From an uncultured delta proteobacterium (GTDB lineage Bacteria; Desulfobacterota; Syntrophia; Syntrophales; UBA2185): DNA of 64,000 nucleotides. Where the stretch lies: assembly GCA_963729715.1 (NCBI GenBank), contig CAVSPA010000004.1:576001-640000 (forward strand). The letters are read 5' to 3'. Positions 52,399 to 61,906 of the stretch are shown here, in pieces; position 1 is the first letter of the stretch; each line of letters starts with the position of its first letter. The notes below the pieces were generated by a model that was not told the origin of the DNA, ran no database searches, and saw only the letters and a list, made by a program, of their open reading frames with translations. The position numbers were made by a program, and so were the translations under genes.

Positions 52399-52539
52399 TC
52401 AGCCGACACTACACGAGCCTCCCTTTTCGTCACCTTCTTCTTCGCCGTGAATCACGATTTTCATTCTTGACACGACGATCGCATTGATGACGGCAAGAAG
52501 GATGATCCCCCAATAAGCCATGCCTGTCATAAAATCCAT
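52399..52539 (-). CDS. Small single-TM protein (46 aa), probable symporter accessory subunit; absent from ORF track
   Basis: MDFMTGMAYWGIILLAVINAIVVSRMKIVIHGEEEGDEKGGSCSVG with AAGGGGG RBS, directly upstream of the SSS gene. Confidence 0.7.
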   Translation of the reverse strand: MDFMTGMAYWGIILLAVINAIVVSRMKIVIHGEEEGDEKGGSCSVG

Positions 52540-52620
52540 AACCGCACCCCCTTAGTAAGATTAATTATTATCTATAAAGCTTCAATTCCTCGAAACCCGC
52601 TTCTACCTCTGTTCCGACCT

Positions 52621-53187
52621 CTATTCCCGCGAATAGACACCCATCAGCGCGCCTTCCGCCAGGATATGGCCTTTCATGGCCTCAACGAGCTCCTCCTTTT
52701 TTGCACCTGCCTTCAGATTTGTCAGGCCGTCGAGGGCATAAACCCTGAAGAAGAAGCGATGCTCGCCTGCCGGCAAACATGGGCCGAAATAGCCCACCTG
52801 ATCGAAGTCGTTCTTGCCCTGCCTGGCGCCGAAATCAAGTTCTCCCGTCTTTGCCACGGCTTGAGGCAGATTCGTCATGTTGGCGGGAATATCAAAGATC
52901 ACCCACTGCACCCAGTTACCACTCGGGGCGTCGGGTGTTTCGCAGATGATGGCAAAAGACTTTGTGCCTGTCGGGGCGTTTTTCCACTCCAAGGGAGGCG
53001 ATATGTCTACGTCGTCGCACGTATACTTGTCTGACATCGACTTCGCGTTACCGAAGCCCGTGCTTATTACCTCCAAGGCAACACCCTTCTTTGCATCTCC
53101 GCCTGACTTGGAGCATGAGACGAAGATCATAAGAATCAATATCATCACAATCATCACACGGGAAACGAAAGGTTCCTTGAAATGCAT
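52621..53187 (-). CDS. YbhB/YbcL (PEBP) family lipoprotein
   Basis: YTCD..D.SPPL.W, PDAP..WV.W, GPC.P..HR.FF.VYALD. Confidence 0.88.
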   Translation of the reverse strand: MHFKEPFVSRVMIVMILILMIFVSCSKSGGDAKKGVALEVISTGFGNAKSMSDKYTCDDVDISPPLEWKNAPTGTKSFAIICETPDAPSGNWVQWVIFDIPANMTNLPQAVAKTGELDFGARQGKNDFDQVGYFGPCLPAGEHRFFFRVYALDGLTNLKAGAKKEELVEAMKGHILAEGALMGVYSRE

Positions 53188-53764
53188 CTGTCACTTACCT
53201 GCCTTTATAGTTATTGTGTTAGTGTTGAGATATACGCTGATACGAACCGGAACGATTATCATCATGACGGCACCTGCCTTCTTGCTGCAGCGGCTTTTCC
53301 ATTGACAACGAATTATGACTACCGCATCTAACTGCCGACAAACGGGAGAAGATGCTTTTTCAAGGATAAGGCGAGATATTTTCGTATATCAATATTTCCA
53401 TCCCGAATCAAGTGCGAAAAAGAGATTTAATCACCACATATACTGAAAGAGGCGACGAGCTGAAGTCTCTATTTCGCCCTCTTGAGCCAAGACACGGCAA
53501 AAAATTTTGCAGGCATCATGGCGCCTCAGCTGCAAGATTAAAAAACTTTAAATTAGTCATAAAGTTAGCTGGGCAGATCGCCGATAATATGATAAAGGAT
53601 GGCAGCTAATTATGAGAATGCAACTTACGGTTCGACAGGAAGTCGATACGTAGTTGCATATCTTCATGTTTCACATGGTATTTGAGACCTCTAGGTCTCC
53701 GCGGCTGTATCATCGGCGGTCGTTATGCTCTTACTGAAAAACCGGAGTCATTGAGGAAATCTCT

Positions 53765-54655
53765 ATGGAAGGTATAACTATTTATATCATAAATGGGGTC
53801 TTATTGTTGGGAGCGTGTCTCCTCTGCATTTCCTTTTTCCCCATACAGCGTCTCGTAGGGCAACTGCCTGAGGGGGCGCTAAGAAAAAGATGGAACGACT
53901 TAAGGGCACTGATCCTCTTTTTCATTATGGGCTATGTTTGTTTCACTTTCCTCTATTGGATGGAATACAGTAACGCCTTCAATCTCGTTGTGCCGGCGGT
54001 ATTCTTCCTCGGCGCAGTTTTGATACTCTTTGTCGGCACACTCGCCCTGCAGACGGCTATCGAAATAAAGCAGATGTCCGCCCTTCAGTATGAAAGCGTC
54101 ACTGACCATTTGATCGGCATCCACAACCGCAGGTATCTGGACAGGAGGACGGACGAAGAGATTTCCAGGGCGCGCAGATATGACATGCAGCTCTCGCTGC
54201 TGCTGCTTGATATTGACCACTTCAAAATAGTCAATGACAATTACGGACATCAGATCGGAGACCGTGTCTTAATGAGCCTGGGCCAGCTGCTTTTCAGGGA
54301 GGTTCGAGATACGGATATCGTCGCCCGTTACGGGGGTGAAGAGATTGCCGTCCTTGCGCCACACACCTCTGTCGCCAGCGCGATTGAATTGGCAGAGCGG
54401 CTGCGCCGATCCGTGGAAAAATCAATCATGGTCCCGGCCAACGAATACGAAAAGAGGCAGGCAATAACAATAACTGTCAGCATTGGCGTTGCAGGATTGG
54501 ATAAAGAGACTGTTGACCATCAGTCCCTCATCAATCGAGCCGACAAGGCCCTCTACGGGGCGAAGCAACAGGGGCGCAACAGAGTCATTGACTTTGACAG
54601 CTTAACGATTCCCACTAAGAGACCCCTATTGGTAGGGAAGGATGCGCCCATTTGA
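53765..54655 (+). CDS. Membrane-anchored diguanylate cyclase (GGDEF)
   Basis: Three TM segments, DIDHFK.VND.YGH..GD, RDTD I-site, GGEEI. Confidence 0.9.
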   Translation: MEGITIYIINGVLLLGACLLCISFFPIQRLVGQLPEGALRKRWNDLRALILFFIMGYVCFTFLYWMEYSNAFNLVVPAVFFLGAVLILFVGTLALQTAIEIKQMSALQYESVTDHLIGIHNRRYLDRRTDEEISRARRYDMQLSLLLLDIDHFKIVNDNYGHQIGDRVLMSLGQLLFREVRDTDIVARYGGEEIAVLAPHTSVASAIELAERLRRSVEKSIMVPANEYEKRQAITITVSIGVAGLDKETVDHQSLINRADKALYGAKQQGRNRVIDFDSLTIPTKRPLLVGKDAPI

Positions 54656-54793
54656 GAAGAAGAACCGGTCATGGATATGCTGTTTCCGCAGAATGATAGT
54701 TTTATACTAGTATATTAACAGTATTTTTTTATTATTGTATTTGTGGAAATAGCATATTAACAAAACTGAATGAAAATGACTGCAGGAGAAGAC

Positions 54794-55279
54794 GTGTCAG
54801 ATAATAGCATCAAGAAACTGTATGTCGATGATACAGGCATGGTGACATTCCTCTGTCCGAAGTGCGGTGATTCACGGAAGCAATCCGTGATAAAATACAG
54901 AGACCATATAGGCTCAGTAAGAATGAGTTGTGTGTGCGGATACGACTCTGAAGTGAAACTTGAGTTCAGAAAATTCTTCAGAAAAGATACAGAACTTGAA
55001 GGATTATACTACAGAACCACTCCCGAAGGTCATTGGGGGAAAATGATCGTAAAAAATCTGTCCATGGTGGGGTGCAGGTTTGAAATGGTCAGGAAAGACC
55101 CCCTGGCAGTGGGAGAAGAAATAAAGATCCAATTTACGTTGGACAATCCGAGAAGCTCCATTATCAGAAAAAAAGCCGTCATCTCTGAAGTAGAAGAACG
55201 TTCCGTCGGCTGTAGATTTTGTGAACTTCCAGGTTACATAGATTCAGAACTGGGCTTCTACCTGAGAAACCCTAAATAG
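54794..55279 (+). CDS. PilZ domain protein with N-terminal Cys zinc-ribbon
   Basis: CPKC..CVC, RKFFR (RxxxR), NLSMVG (NxSxxG); GTG start after AGGAG. Confidence 0.8.
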   Translation: MSDNSIKKLYVDDTGMVTFLCPKCGDSRKQSVIKYRDHIGSVRMSCVCGYDSEVKLEFRKFFRKDTELEGLYYRTTPEGHWGKMIVKNLSMVGCRFEMVRKDPLAVGEEIKIQFTLDNPRSSIIRKKAVISEVEERSVGCRFCELPGYIDSELGFYLRNPK

Positions 55280-55848
55280 CATACCCCGCCAAATCGTCCG
55301 CATATGTTCACTATGCTGTTCCGTTCTTAAATCACATATGAAGACGGATGCCGCATATACCTCCATATCCTGAAACCCGCCCCGTCAACCCCAGTGACTT
55401 GCCGTCACATGACCGGGAGAGGAAAAAACGTCGGATAACTCAGATACGAGCAGAGAGAGGCGAGGTCAGGTCGAAGCCTCACCCAGGCCTCTGAAGCGTT
55501 CCAAACGTGTGCAAACTTGGAGGTAGCAACGCAGGAGGCTTCGGTGCAGCTCTAACATATTGGAAGCCAATGTCAACAAATCTGTTCCAAAATTCGTGAA
55601 AAATTTGACGATGCCATTGGACCCTATCGCGATACGCGCTTAGGACAGGCATGAATCCGCAAGTGATGAGGAAGCTCTCGACTGCCAAAAGATTCCGGAT
55701 AACCGTAACCAGCAAACAATATTATGTTTTTGAAGATTAATTTGATTATGGTAGGAAAGGCATAATGTGCTTGAATGGTCATTCTATTGAAAAGGCAGAG
55801 CCGGTTATGACGAGCCTTTCTGTTTTATGCCGAAATTTTATACTTGCA

Positions 55849-56406
55849 TCAATGTGCAGCCGTCAAGAAAGAGGTGACGTTTCTGACACCCCCTACGCTC
55901 TTGGCGTGAGCGGCAGCTTTAGCAATTTCCTCGCCGGACCTGACAATGCCAAGCAGCACGACATTACATTGAACCACTTTAACATCAATATTCGTGGACC
56001 GGATATCCTTATCCGCGGTCAGTTTAGCATCAACTTTTCCCGTGATAGCCACGTTGTCGCTTGTCCCGCATGTATCGCCTTTCTTCTCGGGAAGAAGATA
56101 AGTCTGCACGGATTTTACGCCCTCTACCTTCTTGGCCATTTTTTCGGCCTTTTCTTTCTGCTCTTTATTATCGTATTCCCCTACCAGGAACACATGGCCG
56201 TCGTAGCAGTAGGAGGAAATATCAAGTACCTTGATGGTGCTATCCTCAAGAAATGTTTTTTGGATCTCAGCCGTAATTTTTTTATCTGAGGCAATGGTAC
56301 TTGCCTTCCTCTCATCTACGGCTACCCCGTAGATCGTTCCGTAGGGAGAACATCCGACGACAAATACAAGAAGCAGCAGACAGATAATCATGTTATTTTT
56401 CTTCAT
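55849..56406 (-). CDS. Dual-BON domain lipoprotein (DolP/YraP-like)
   Basis: Lipobox VVGC, D.R..D..IT, G.V.LVG, GV..V repeats. Confidence 0.88.
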   Translation of the reverse strand: MKKNNMIICLLLLVFVVGCSPYGTIYGVAVDERKASTIASDKKITAEIQKTFLEDSTIKVLDISSYCYDGHVFLVGEYDNKEQKEKAEKMAKKVEGVKSVQTYLLPEKKGDTCGTSDNVAITGKVDAKLTADKDIRSTNIDVKVVQCNVVLLGIVRSGEEIAKAAAHAKSVGGVRNVTSFLTAAH

Positions 56407-56699
56407 ATAATCATTTCCTTTACTCGTGAATATTTCTACGCCATGTCCCTATGTTTAAAATAACACGCTCCTGAAATAGTTAATATAAGAAAAACCGGCT
56501 TCTCGTGTCGCTAAAAACCTTAATGCTTATTGGTCATCGGATTATCTCCAAAAAAGCGGCATTCCCAGCGATCGATTAATCCGTAGTGGTCAACTTCAGA
56601 AAACCCAAGAGTAAGGCTAAGTTGTTCAAATTAGCCTTACCTTTTATTCACAACCTTGGGTAACATTTAATGTGAGGCAATTCGCTTACCGATTAATGC

Positions 56700-56728
56700 T
56701 TGACATTGGCGGAAGAGAAGCTTATATT
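56700..56728 (+). promoter_or_regulatory. Sigma70-type promoter upstream of DEAD-box helicase
   Basis: TTGACA-N17-TATATT. Confidence 0.6.
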
Positions 56729-57084
56729 ACTTCACAAGATGGTTTTGGTTCATGTCCCCAGGGCCTGACGAAGGCTTTTTGGGGATTTTTTTTAACGTAA
56801 AAAAGTTTTGCAAAATAAGATGTATGAGCGATTCCTGTCGAACACAGGAGGAACGTAAGGAACCAAAATCAAAACAAGTTTATCAAGCGCAAAGAAGAAA
56901 TTGTGCGCATGCGAAACGCGAAGCAAGAAAATGGTGAGGAGGCAGGGTGAACAGAATAAGACGACGGCGTCCGACGGATCCCAAATATTCGAACAGCCCG
57001 GGGAGACCTCGAACAATTGAGCATCAGCAATCAATCATCCGTCCCAAGTTTGTACTTGGCAATACAGAGAAAAAAGGAACGATA

Positions 57085-58431
57085 ATGAATTTTGAGTCGT
57101 TTAATCTACACCCCCACATCGAATCAGGTGTCAGGGCTTTCGGCTATACGGAGCCCACGCCGATTCAAATACAAGCTATACCTCCCATTCTTCAGAACAA
57201 GGACGTAATGGCACAGGCACAGACCGGAACGGGGAAAACCGCCGCCTTCGTTCTTCCAATTCTGCAGCGTCTGATCGACGGTCCGCGGAAGCGTATCCGG
57301 GCGCTAATAATCGCACCGACTAGAGAACTGGCGGAGCAGACGCATGAGGCCATCGGTCACCTTGGCCGCTATACGAAACTGAAGAGCGTCACAATCTATG
57401 GCGGCGTGAATCAGAACCTCCAGATCAGGAAGCTCCAGAGCGGAGCGGATATTGTCGTGGCCTGTCCCGGACGTCTGATCGATCTTATGGATAAGGGCAT
57501 TGTCGATTTAAGACGCATTGAAGTACTAGTCCTCGACGAGGCGGATAGAATGTTCGACATGGGATTTCTCCCGGATGTCCAGAATATCTTGAAGCGTCTT
57601 CCCGTCGAGCGGCAGACTCTTCTTTTCTCGGCGACCATGCCTGATGACGTCCGCAACCTCGCAGAGAGCGTACTACGCAATCCCGTCGCGGTCCAGGTCG
57701 GCGATGCGGCCCCGATATCTACCGTCTCACACGCTATTTATCCTGTCGATCCGCACCTCAAGACGCCTCTCTTGATGAAGATCCTGGACAGCACGGACAC
57801 AGCTTCTGTGCTCGTCTTCACGCGCACCAAGGACCGCGCTACGCGCCTGGCGAAGCAGATGAAAACGTCCGGGTTTCTTGTGACATCGCTACAGGGCGAT
57901 CTGCCCCAGAACAAACGCCAGGAGGCGCTCGATGGTTTTCGCAGCGGCAAATACCAGGTACTCGTGGCCACCGACATTGCAGCCCGCGGCATCGATGTTT
58001 CCAAGATATCTCATGTGATCAATTATGACATGCCTGATACGGTTGATGCCTACACGCACCGCATCGGGCGTACCGGCCGGGCTACCAGAACAGGCGATGC
58101 CTTCACCTTTGTGACGCGCCCGGACAGGGCCTTTGTGTGGACCATCGAAAATGTTCTCGGTGAAAAGCTCGAAAGACGAATATTGCCGAATTTCGATTAC
58201 ACGATACCGGCACCGGTCGCCGCCAAGAGGTCCGGCTCATTCCCGAACTCAAGGAAGAGACCGGGCTTAACGAGAGTTACCAAAGATACCTCGGAACGGA
58301 ATGACCGCTCTTCCATGCCGGCTTCGCGGTCCGCTTCAGGCGCAAGGAGAGGACGGAAGGATCTTTCCCAGTTCCCGTTTCCAGCCGGTTCGCCGCAAAT
58401 GAAATCGCGCCGGTCCCACGGCATGCGTTAG
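57085..58431 (+). CDS. rhlE: DEAD-box RNA helicase (RhlE-like)
   Basis: Q motif, AQTGTGKT, PTRELA, DEAD, SAT, HRIGRTGR, basic tail. Confidence 0.9.
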   Translation: MNFESFNLHPHIESGVRAFGYTEPTPIQIQAIPPILQNKDVMAQAQTGTGKTAAFVLPILQRLIDGPRKRIRALIIAPTRELAEQTHEAIGHLGRYTKLKSVTIYGGVNQNLQIRKLQSGADIVVACPGRLIDLMDKGIVDLRRIEVLVLDEADRMFDMGFLPDVQNILKRLPVERQTLLFSATMPDDVRNLAESVLRNPVAVQVGDAAPISTVSHAIYPVDPHLKTPLLMKILDSTDTASVLVFTRTKDRATRLAKQMKTSGFLVTSLQGDLPQNKRQEALDGFRSGKYQVLVATDIAARGIDVSKISHVINYDMPDTVDAYTHRIGRTGRATRTGDAFTFVTRPDRAFVWTIENVLGEKLERRILPNFDYTIPAPVAAKRSGSFPNSRKRPGLTRVTKDTSERNDRSSMPASRSASGARRGRKDLSQFPFPAGSPQMKSRRSHGMR

Positions 58432-58711
58432 GCGCGCCTCTTCGGCGGATCATAACCGATCCGTCGTCGTGCAGTAACGTGCTGGAGAGAGGAATGCCGC
58501 TTTCCGATCGGCAGTCATCCTCCGGAAACATTATCTTCCCAAGGCAAGGCTCTTGACATCCCAATCCATAAGGACCTTGCACAAACGTATATTTAGTAAT
58601 CTCTCCCGGAGAGATGATTGCCCTTTCACTCACTCCTTTTTCATCGCTTTTTCCATCCAATATTGTTTTCACGATTCCGTCCGTCCATAACACATCCAGG
58701 CATAAATTATC

Positions 58712-58740
58712 TTGACAATGGTTTGATATCAAACTATGTT
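58712..58740 (+). promoter_or_regulatory. marR promoter with perfect 14-bp operator in the spacer
   Basis: TTGACA-N17-TATGTT enclosing GTTTGATATCAAAC (58721-58734). Confidence 0.8.
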
Positions 58741-58746
58741 GCCTCT

Positions 58747-59169
58747 ATGAAAAAGGATCACATCATTTTCTTGATCGGACGCATCCAGTACAAGGCCAAT
58801 CGGTTTCTCTCCCAGGAAATGAAGGCTCATGGTATCAAAGGATTGGCGCCGTCCCATGGCGAGATCCTGGGCTATTTAATGGCGCGCGCTCCCTTGCCCA
58901 TGTCCGAGATCGGGAGGATCATCGACAAGGACAAGTCCACAATCACAGCCTTGGTGAACAAGTTGATTAGAATAGGTTATGTGGAAAAAAAGAGTGATCC
59001 CATCGACAGTCGCATCAGTCTCATCGCCTTGACCCGGAAGGGCATCGCCTTGAAGCCCGACTTCCTTCTCATCGCTCAGAAATTGCGGGCTCAGTCATAC
59101 AAGGGGGTCTCGGACGACGAAAGGGAAACGCTGGTGAATCTGCTCAACAAGCTCAACGTGAACCTCTAA
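58747..59169 (+). CDS. MarR family transcriptional regulator
   Basis: PSHGEIL..MSEI..KDKSTITALVNKL..GYV..DSR..LT.KG. Confidence 0.92.
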   Translation: MKKDHIIFLIGRIQYKANRFLSQEMKAHGIKGLAPSHGEILGYLMARAPLPMSEIGRIIDKDKSTITALVNKLIRIGYVEKKSDPIDSRISLIALTRKGIALKPDFLLIAQKLRAQSYKGVSDDERETLVNLLNKLNVNL

Positions 59170-59175
59170 TTTCTT

Positions 59176-59198
59176 TATAATAAAGTTTGATGTCAAAC
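59176..59198 (+). promoter_or_regulatory. Second MarR operator with adjacent -10 box
   Basis: TATAAT (59176-59181) then GTTTGATGTCAAAC (59185-59198), 13/14 identical to the first site. Confidence 0.75.
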
Positions 59199-59226
59199 CG
59201 GCAACAAAAAGAAAATTGAAGATCAA

Positions 59227-59412
59227 GTAAACTACCACCGACCTTGTCGGTGGCCTTCAAAATGCGGCAAGCCTACGGACAATGTCCTTCGCCTTGCCTG
59301 ATAAGGGTTGAAACGGCTATTCTAAAATATTGTTCACCAACATTGTTGGTTCACTTAAGGTGTGGGGCCTCCGCCCCCACACCCCACCACTGACAATGTC
59401 AGTGGTTTTGAC
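59227..59412. mobile_element. Miniature non-autonomous IS200/IS605-like palindromic element
   Basis: Terminal hairpins CCACCGAC-CTT-GTCGGTGG and ACCACTGAC-AAT-GTCAGTGGT; ends GTAAAC.. and ..TTTGAC resemble the IS200 ends at 27.9-28.5 kb. Confidence 0.6.
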
Positions 59413-59442
59413 AGATAAATAAAATAACCGAGGAGGAAACAT

Positions 59443-60228
59443 ATGCAGTTCGACAACATTATTTTCCAAAAGGCCAATCAGGTAGCTGTAATCAGATTCA
59501 ACCGTCCCAAAGCGTTTAATGCTGTTAATATTGAATTATTCACCGATATCATCAAAGCCTTGGAAATCTGCGCAGACGACAGGGATGTAAAGGTGATCGT
59601 GCTCACAGGAGAAGGCAGGGCTTTCTGTGCGGGGGGAGACGTGGCGCTCTTTAACAGCTCCCCCGATGTAAGCGAGATAATCCGCCAACTGACGAAGTTC
59701 TTGCATTTCACAATCGTGGGCATCCGCCGTACTTCAAAGCCTGTCATTGCCATGATCAACGGGACGGCCGCCGGTGCGGGAGTGAGCATTGCCGCCGCGT
59801 GCGACCTGAGAATTTGCGCTTCATCTGTGAAGTTCAGGCAGGCCTACACTTCCATCGGCTTGATTCCGGACGGGGCATGGACCCTTATGGTGCCGCTGCT
59901 GATCGGATTCGGCAAGGCGTCAGAGCTGGTATACTTAGACCCTGTATTCGACGCTAAGGATGCCCTCCAGATGGGGCTCGTCAATAAAGTGGTCGATGAC
60001 ACTGATCTTGAAAAGACCACCATGGATATTGCGCTGAAGCTTGCCTCAGGGCCGGCAGTATCTTACTCTATCGTGAAGGAGAACTTCAACAACGCCTTCT
60101 TTGGACTATTGGAGCGGCAGCTCGAACTGGAGAGGCGGGGGATGATCTGGGTCGCTAAAACAGCGGACGCGAAGGAAGGAATTTCCTCTTTTGTAGAAAA
60201 AAGAAAACCCAGCTTCAAGGGTCAGTAG
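59443..60228 (+). CDS. Enoyl-CoA hydratase/isomerase (crotonase, PaaG-like)
   Basis: NRPK..NA, AFCAGGD, NG.AAGAG, IGLIPDG, EGISSFVEKRKP.F. Confidence 0.92.
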   Translation: MQFDNIIFQKANQVAVIRFNRPKAFNAVNIELFTDIIKALEICADDRDVKVIVLTGEGRAFCAGGDVALFNSSPDVSEIIRQLTKFLHFTIVGIRRTSKPVIAMINGTAAGAGVSIAAACDLRICASSVKFRQAYTSIGLIPDGAWTLMVPLLIGFGKASELVYLDPVFDAKDALQMGLVNKVVDDTDLEKTTMDIALKLASGPAVSYSIVKENFNNAFFGLLERQLELERRGMIWVAKTADAKEGISSFVEKRKPSFKGQ

Positions 60229-60337
60229 GGCCTAAGAGAAACCTCTGTGTTTTTGATTCCCGGCGCTGCTCAAGCCGCAAAGCCGGCAAGACAATCCTCC
60301 AGGAATTTAAACACAACACTATTGGTGCGCACACTTA

Positions 60338-60369
60338 TGAGCCGTTTCATCTTCAAGTGGGACGGCTCA
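60338..60369 (+). terminator. Hairpin downstream of crotonase gene
   Basis: TGAGCCGT..ACGGCTCA inverted repeat followed by AT-rich sequence. Confidence 0.45.
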
Positions 60370-60674
60370 CTATTTATATCTATAATTTCCCGTTTTCAAA
60401 TCTGCATCGATCCTTCTGGTCAAAGCTCTCCGCCAATTCCCCCGTTACCCCCTGCACTTGCCGTTTTTCCATTAATTCAAAGAGCAGAATGGCAGAACCA
60501 TGCCCTGAGATGTGCGATTGTGGCAGTTTGCCAAACTGCATTTAAAGATTGCAATTTTTCATGTATTTATGAGATAAACGCGTGGGGAACAGGTTTCAGC
60601 GTCATTTGTGGACAGAAAAGAAATATCAACCTTAACTGTTTTCTCACGTGCAGGGGTATAGAAGAGAGGTTAAA

Positions 60675-61802
60675 ATGAACATCTTCTTGATCTCGATCCT
60701 TGCTGCCCTGGTTATAACCCTGTTTACTATATCATCGCAGAGAAAAAAATCCCGCCGGAAACCATCGCAGCATTCGCAGCATGTGCACGATACGGGAAAA
60801 CGTCACAAAGAAAAAGCACCGGCGTCGCCTCACGCCGCAGTTCAGAGCGCCGAAGCCCAAAGAAAAGCCTTCCTCGAATCTTATCCCCTGTTGAAGGATG
60901 TCTCCTATTTCCCTATAGCCGAAGGTGCTGTGCCAAAGTCGATACATGACCTGAGTTCGGAAGTCAGAGAAGCGGTCGAAGAAAAAATCTCCGCCATCAA
61001 GCCTATCCCTGTAAATTATTTGAAACTGATGAACCTCTTGCGGAACCCCGAGTCGAATCCGGGAGAGATTACGTCGGTTACTGTGACAAACCCCGTTTTT
61101 TCGGCGAGAATCCTGCGGGCGGTGAACTCCGCATATTATAACCGCCCGGAAAAGATCACGTCTGTAGGCAGGGCAATAAGCCTTTTGGGATATAACAGCG
61201 TAAGGGCATTGGTTCTACAAGAGACGCTTAATAACGTAATGCCCCGGGAGCATGCTGACGTATACAGCAAGACATGGGCCCACTCTGCCGTGGTTTCCGT
61301 CTGCTCGGGACATCTCGGCAAGAACATATTTCAATTCTCCGAATATGAAATGGGCACGATGGGACTTCTCCATGACATAGGCAAATATTTTATCGACATG
61401 CTAAAACCTGTGGGAGAGGCATCGAAGGAATCACCCCTCATGATAAGGGAAGAGCAGCTGTACGGAATAAACCACGCATGCTTGGGAAGCCTCATTGCAA
61501 AGAACTGGCAACTCTCGGACGGCATCGTAAAAGGCATCCAATACCATCACCATCCTGCATTTTCCCCTCCCGAATCCATCCCCGAACCTTACATAAAACA
61601 GACGTTTGTAATTTGTCTCTCTGACCTGATCTGTAAGACACTGGGATACGGCGCTAATGATGATGAAAAACTGCCCATCAGAAATGAATACTATGAAATG
61701 TTTAAGATGCGGCCTGACCTCGAGGATAATGTAACGCCCCGCCTGGTAAAAGAAATAGAAAAAGCACACGTGACCGTGCAGTCCTACATCCAAGCGCCAT
61801 GA
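60675..61802 (+). CDS. Membrane-anchored HDOD domain protein
   Basis: N-terminal TM, ARILRAVNSA, AISLLG, W.HS, GLLHDIGK, H..LG..IA..W.L, YHH.P. Confidence 0.88.
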   Translation: MNIFLISILAALVITLFTISSQRKKSRRKPSQHSQHVHDTGKRHKEKAPASPHAAVQSAEAQRKAFLESYPLLKDVSYFPIAEGAVPKSIHDLSSEVREAVEEKISAIKPIPVNYLKLMNLLRNPESNPGEITSVTVTNPVFSARILRAVNSAYYNRPEKITSVGRAISLLGYNSVRALVLQETLNNVMPREHADVYSKTWAHSAVVSVCSGHLGKNIFQFSEYEMGTMGLLHDIGKYFIDMLKPVGEASKESPLMIREEQLYGINHACLGSLIAKNWQLSDGIVKGIQYHHHPAFSPPESIPEPYIKQTFVICLSDLICKTLGYGANDDEKLPIRNEYYEMFKMRPDLEDNVTPRLVKEIEKAHVTVQSYIQAP

Positions 61803-61906
61803 CCAAATTGAAGCTCTCCGCTGTAATGGCAATAAAATAAACGGTAACATGTGTTAATCAGTGACCGCAATTTGCCCACTCTTCTTCCAAAGAAAGAATA
61901 TCGACA

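Noticed and set aside
60247..60678. 143-aa ORF upstream of the HDOD gene
   Set aside because: No RBS or motifs, and it spans a terminator-like hairpin and probable promoter
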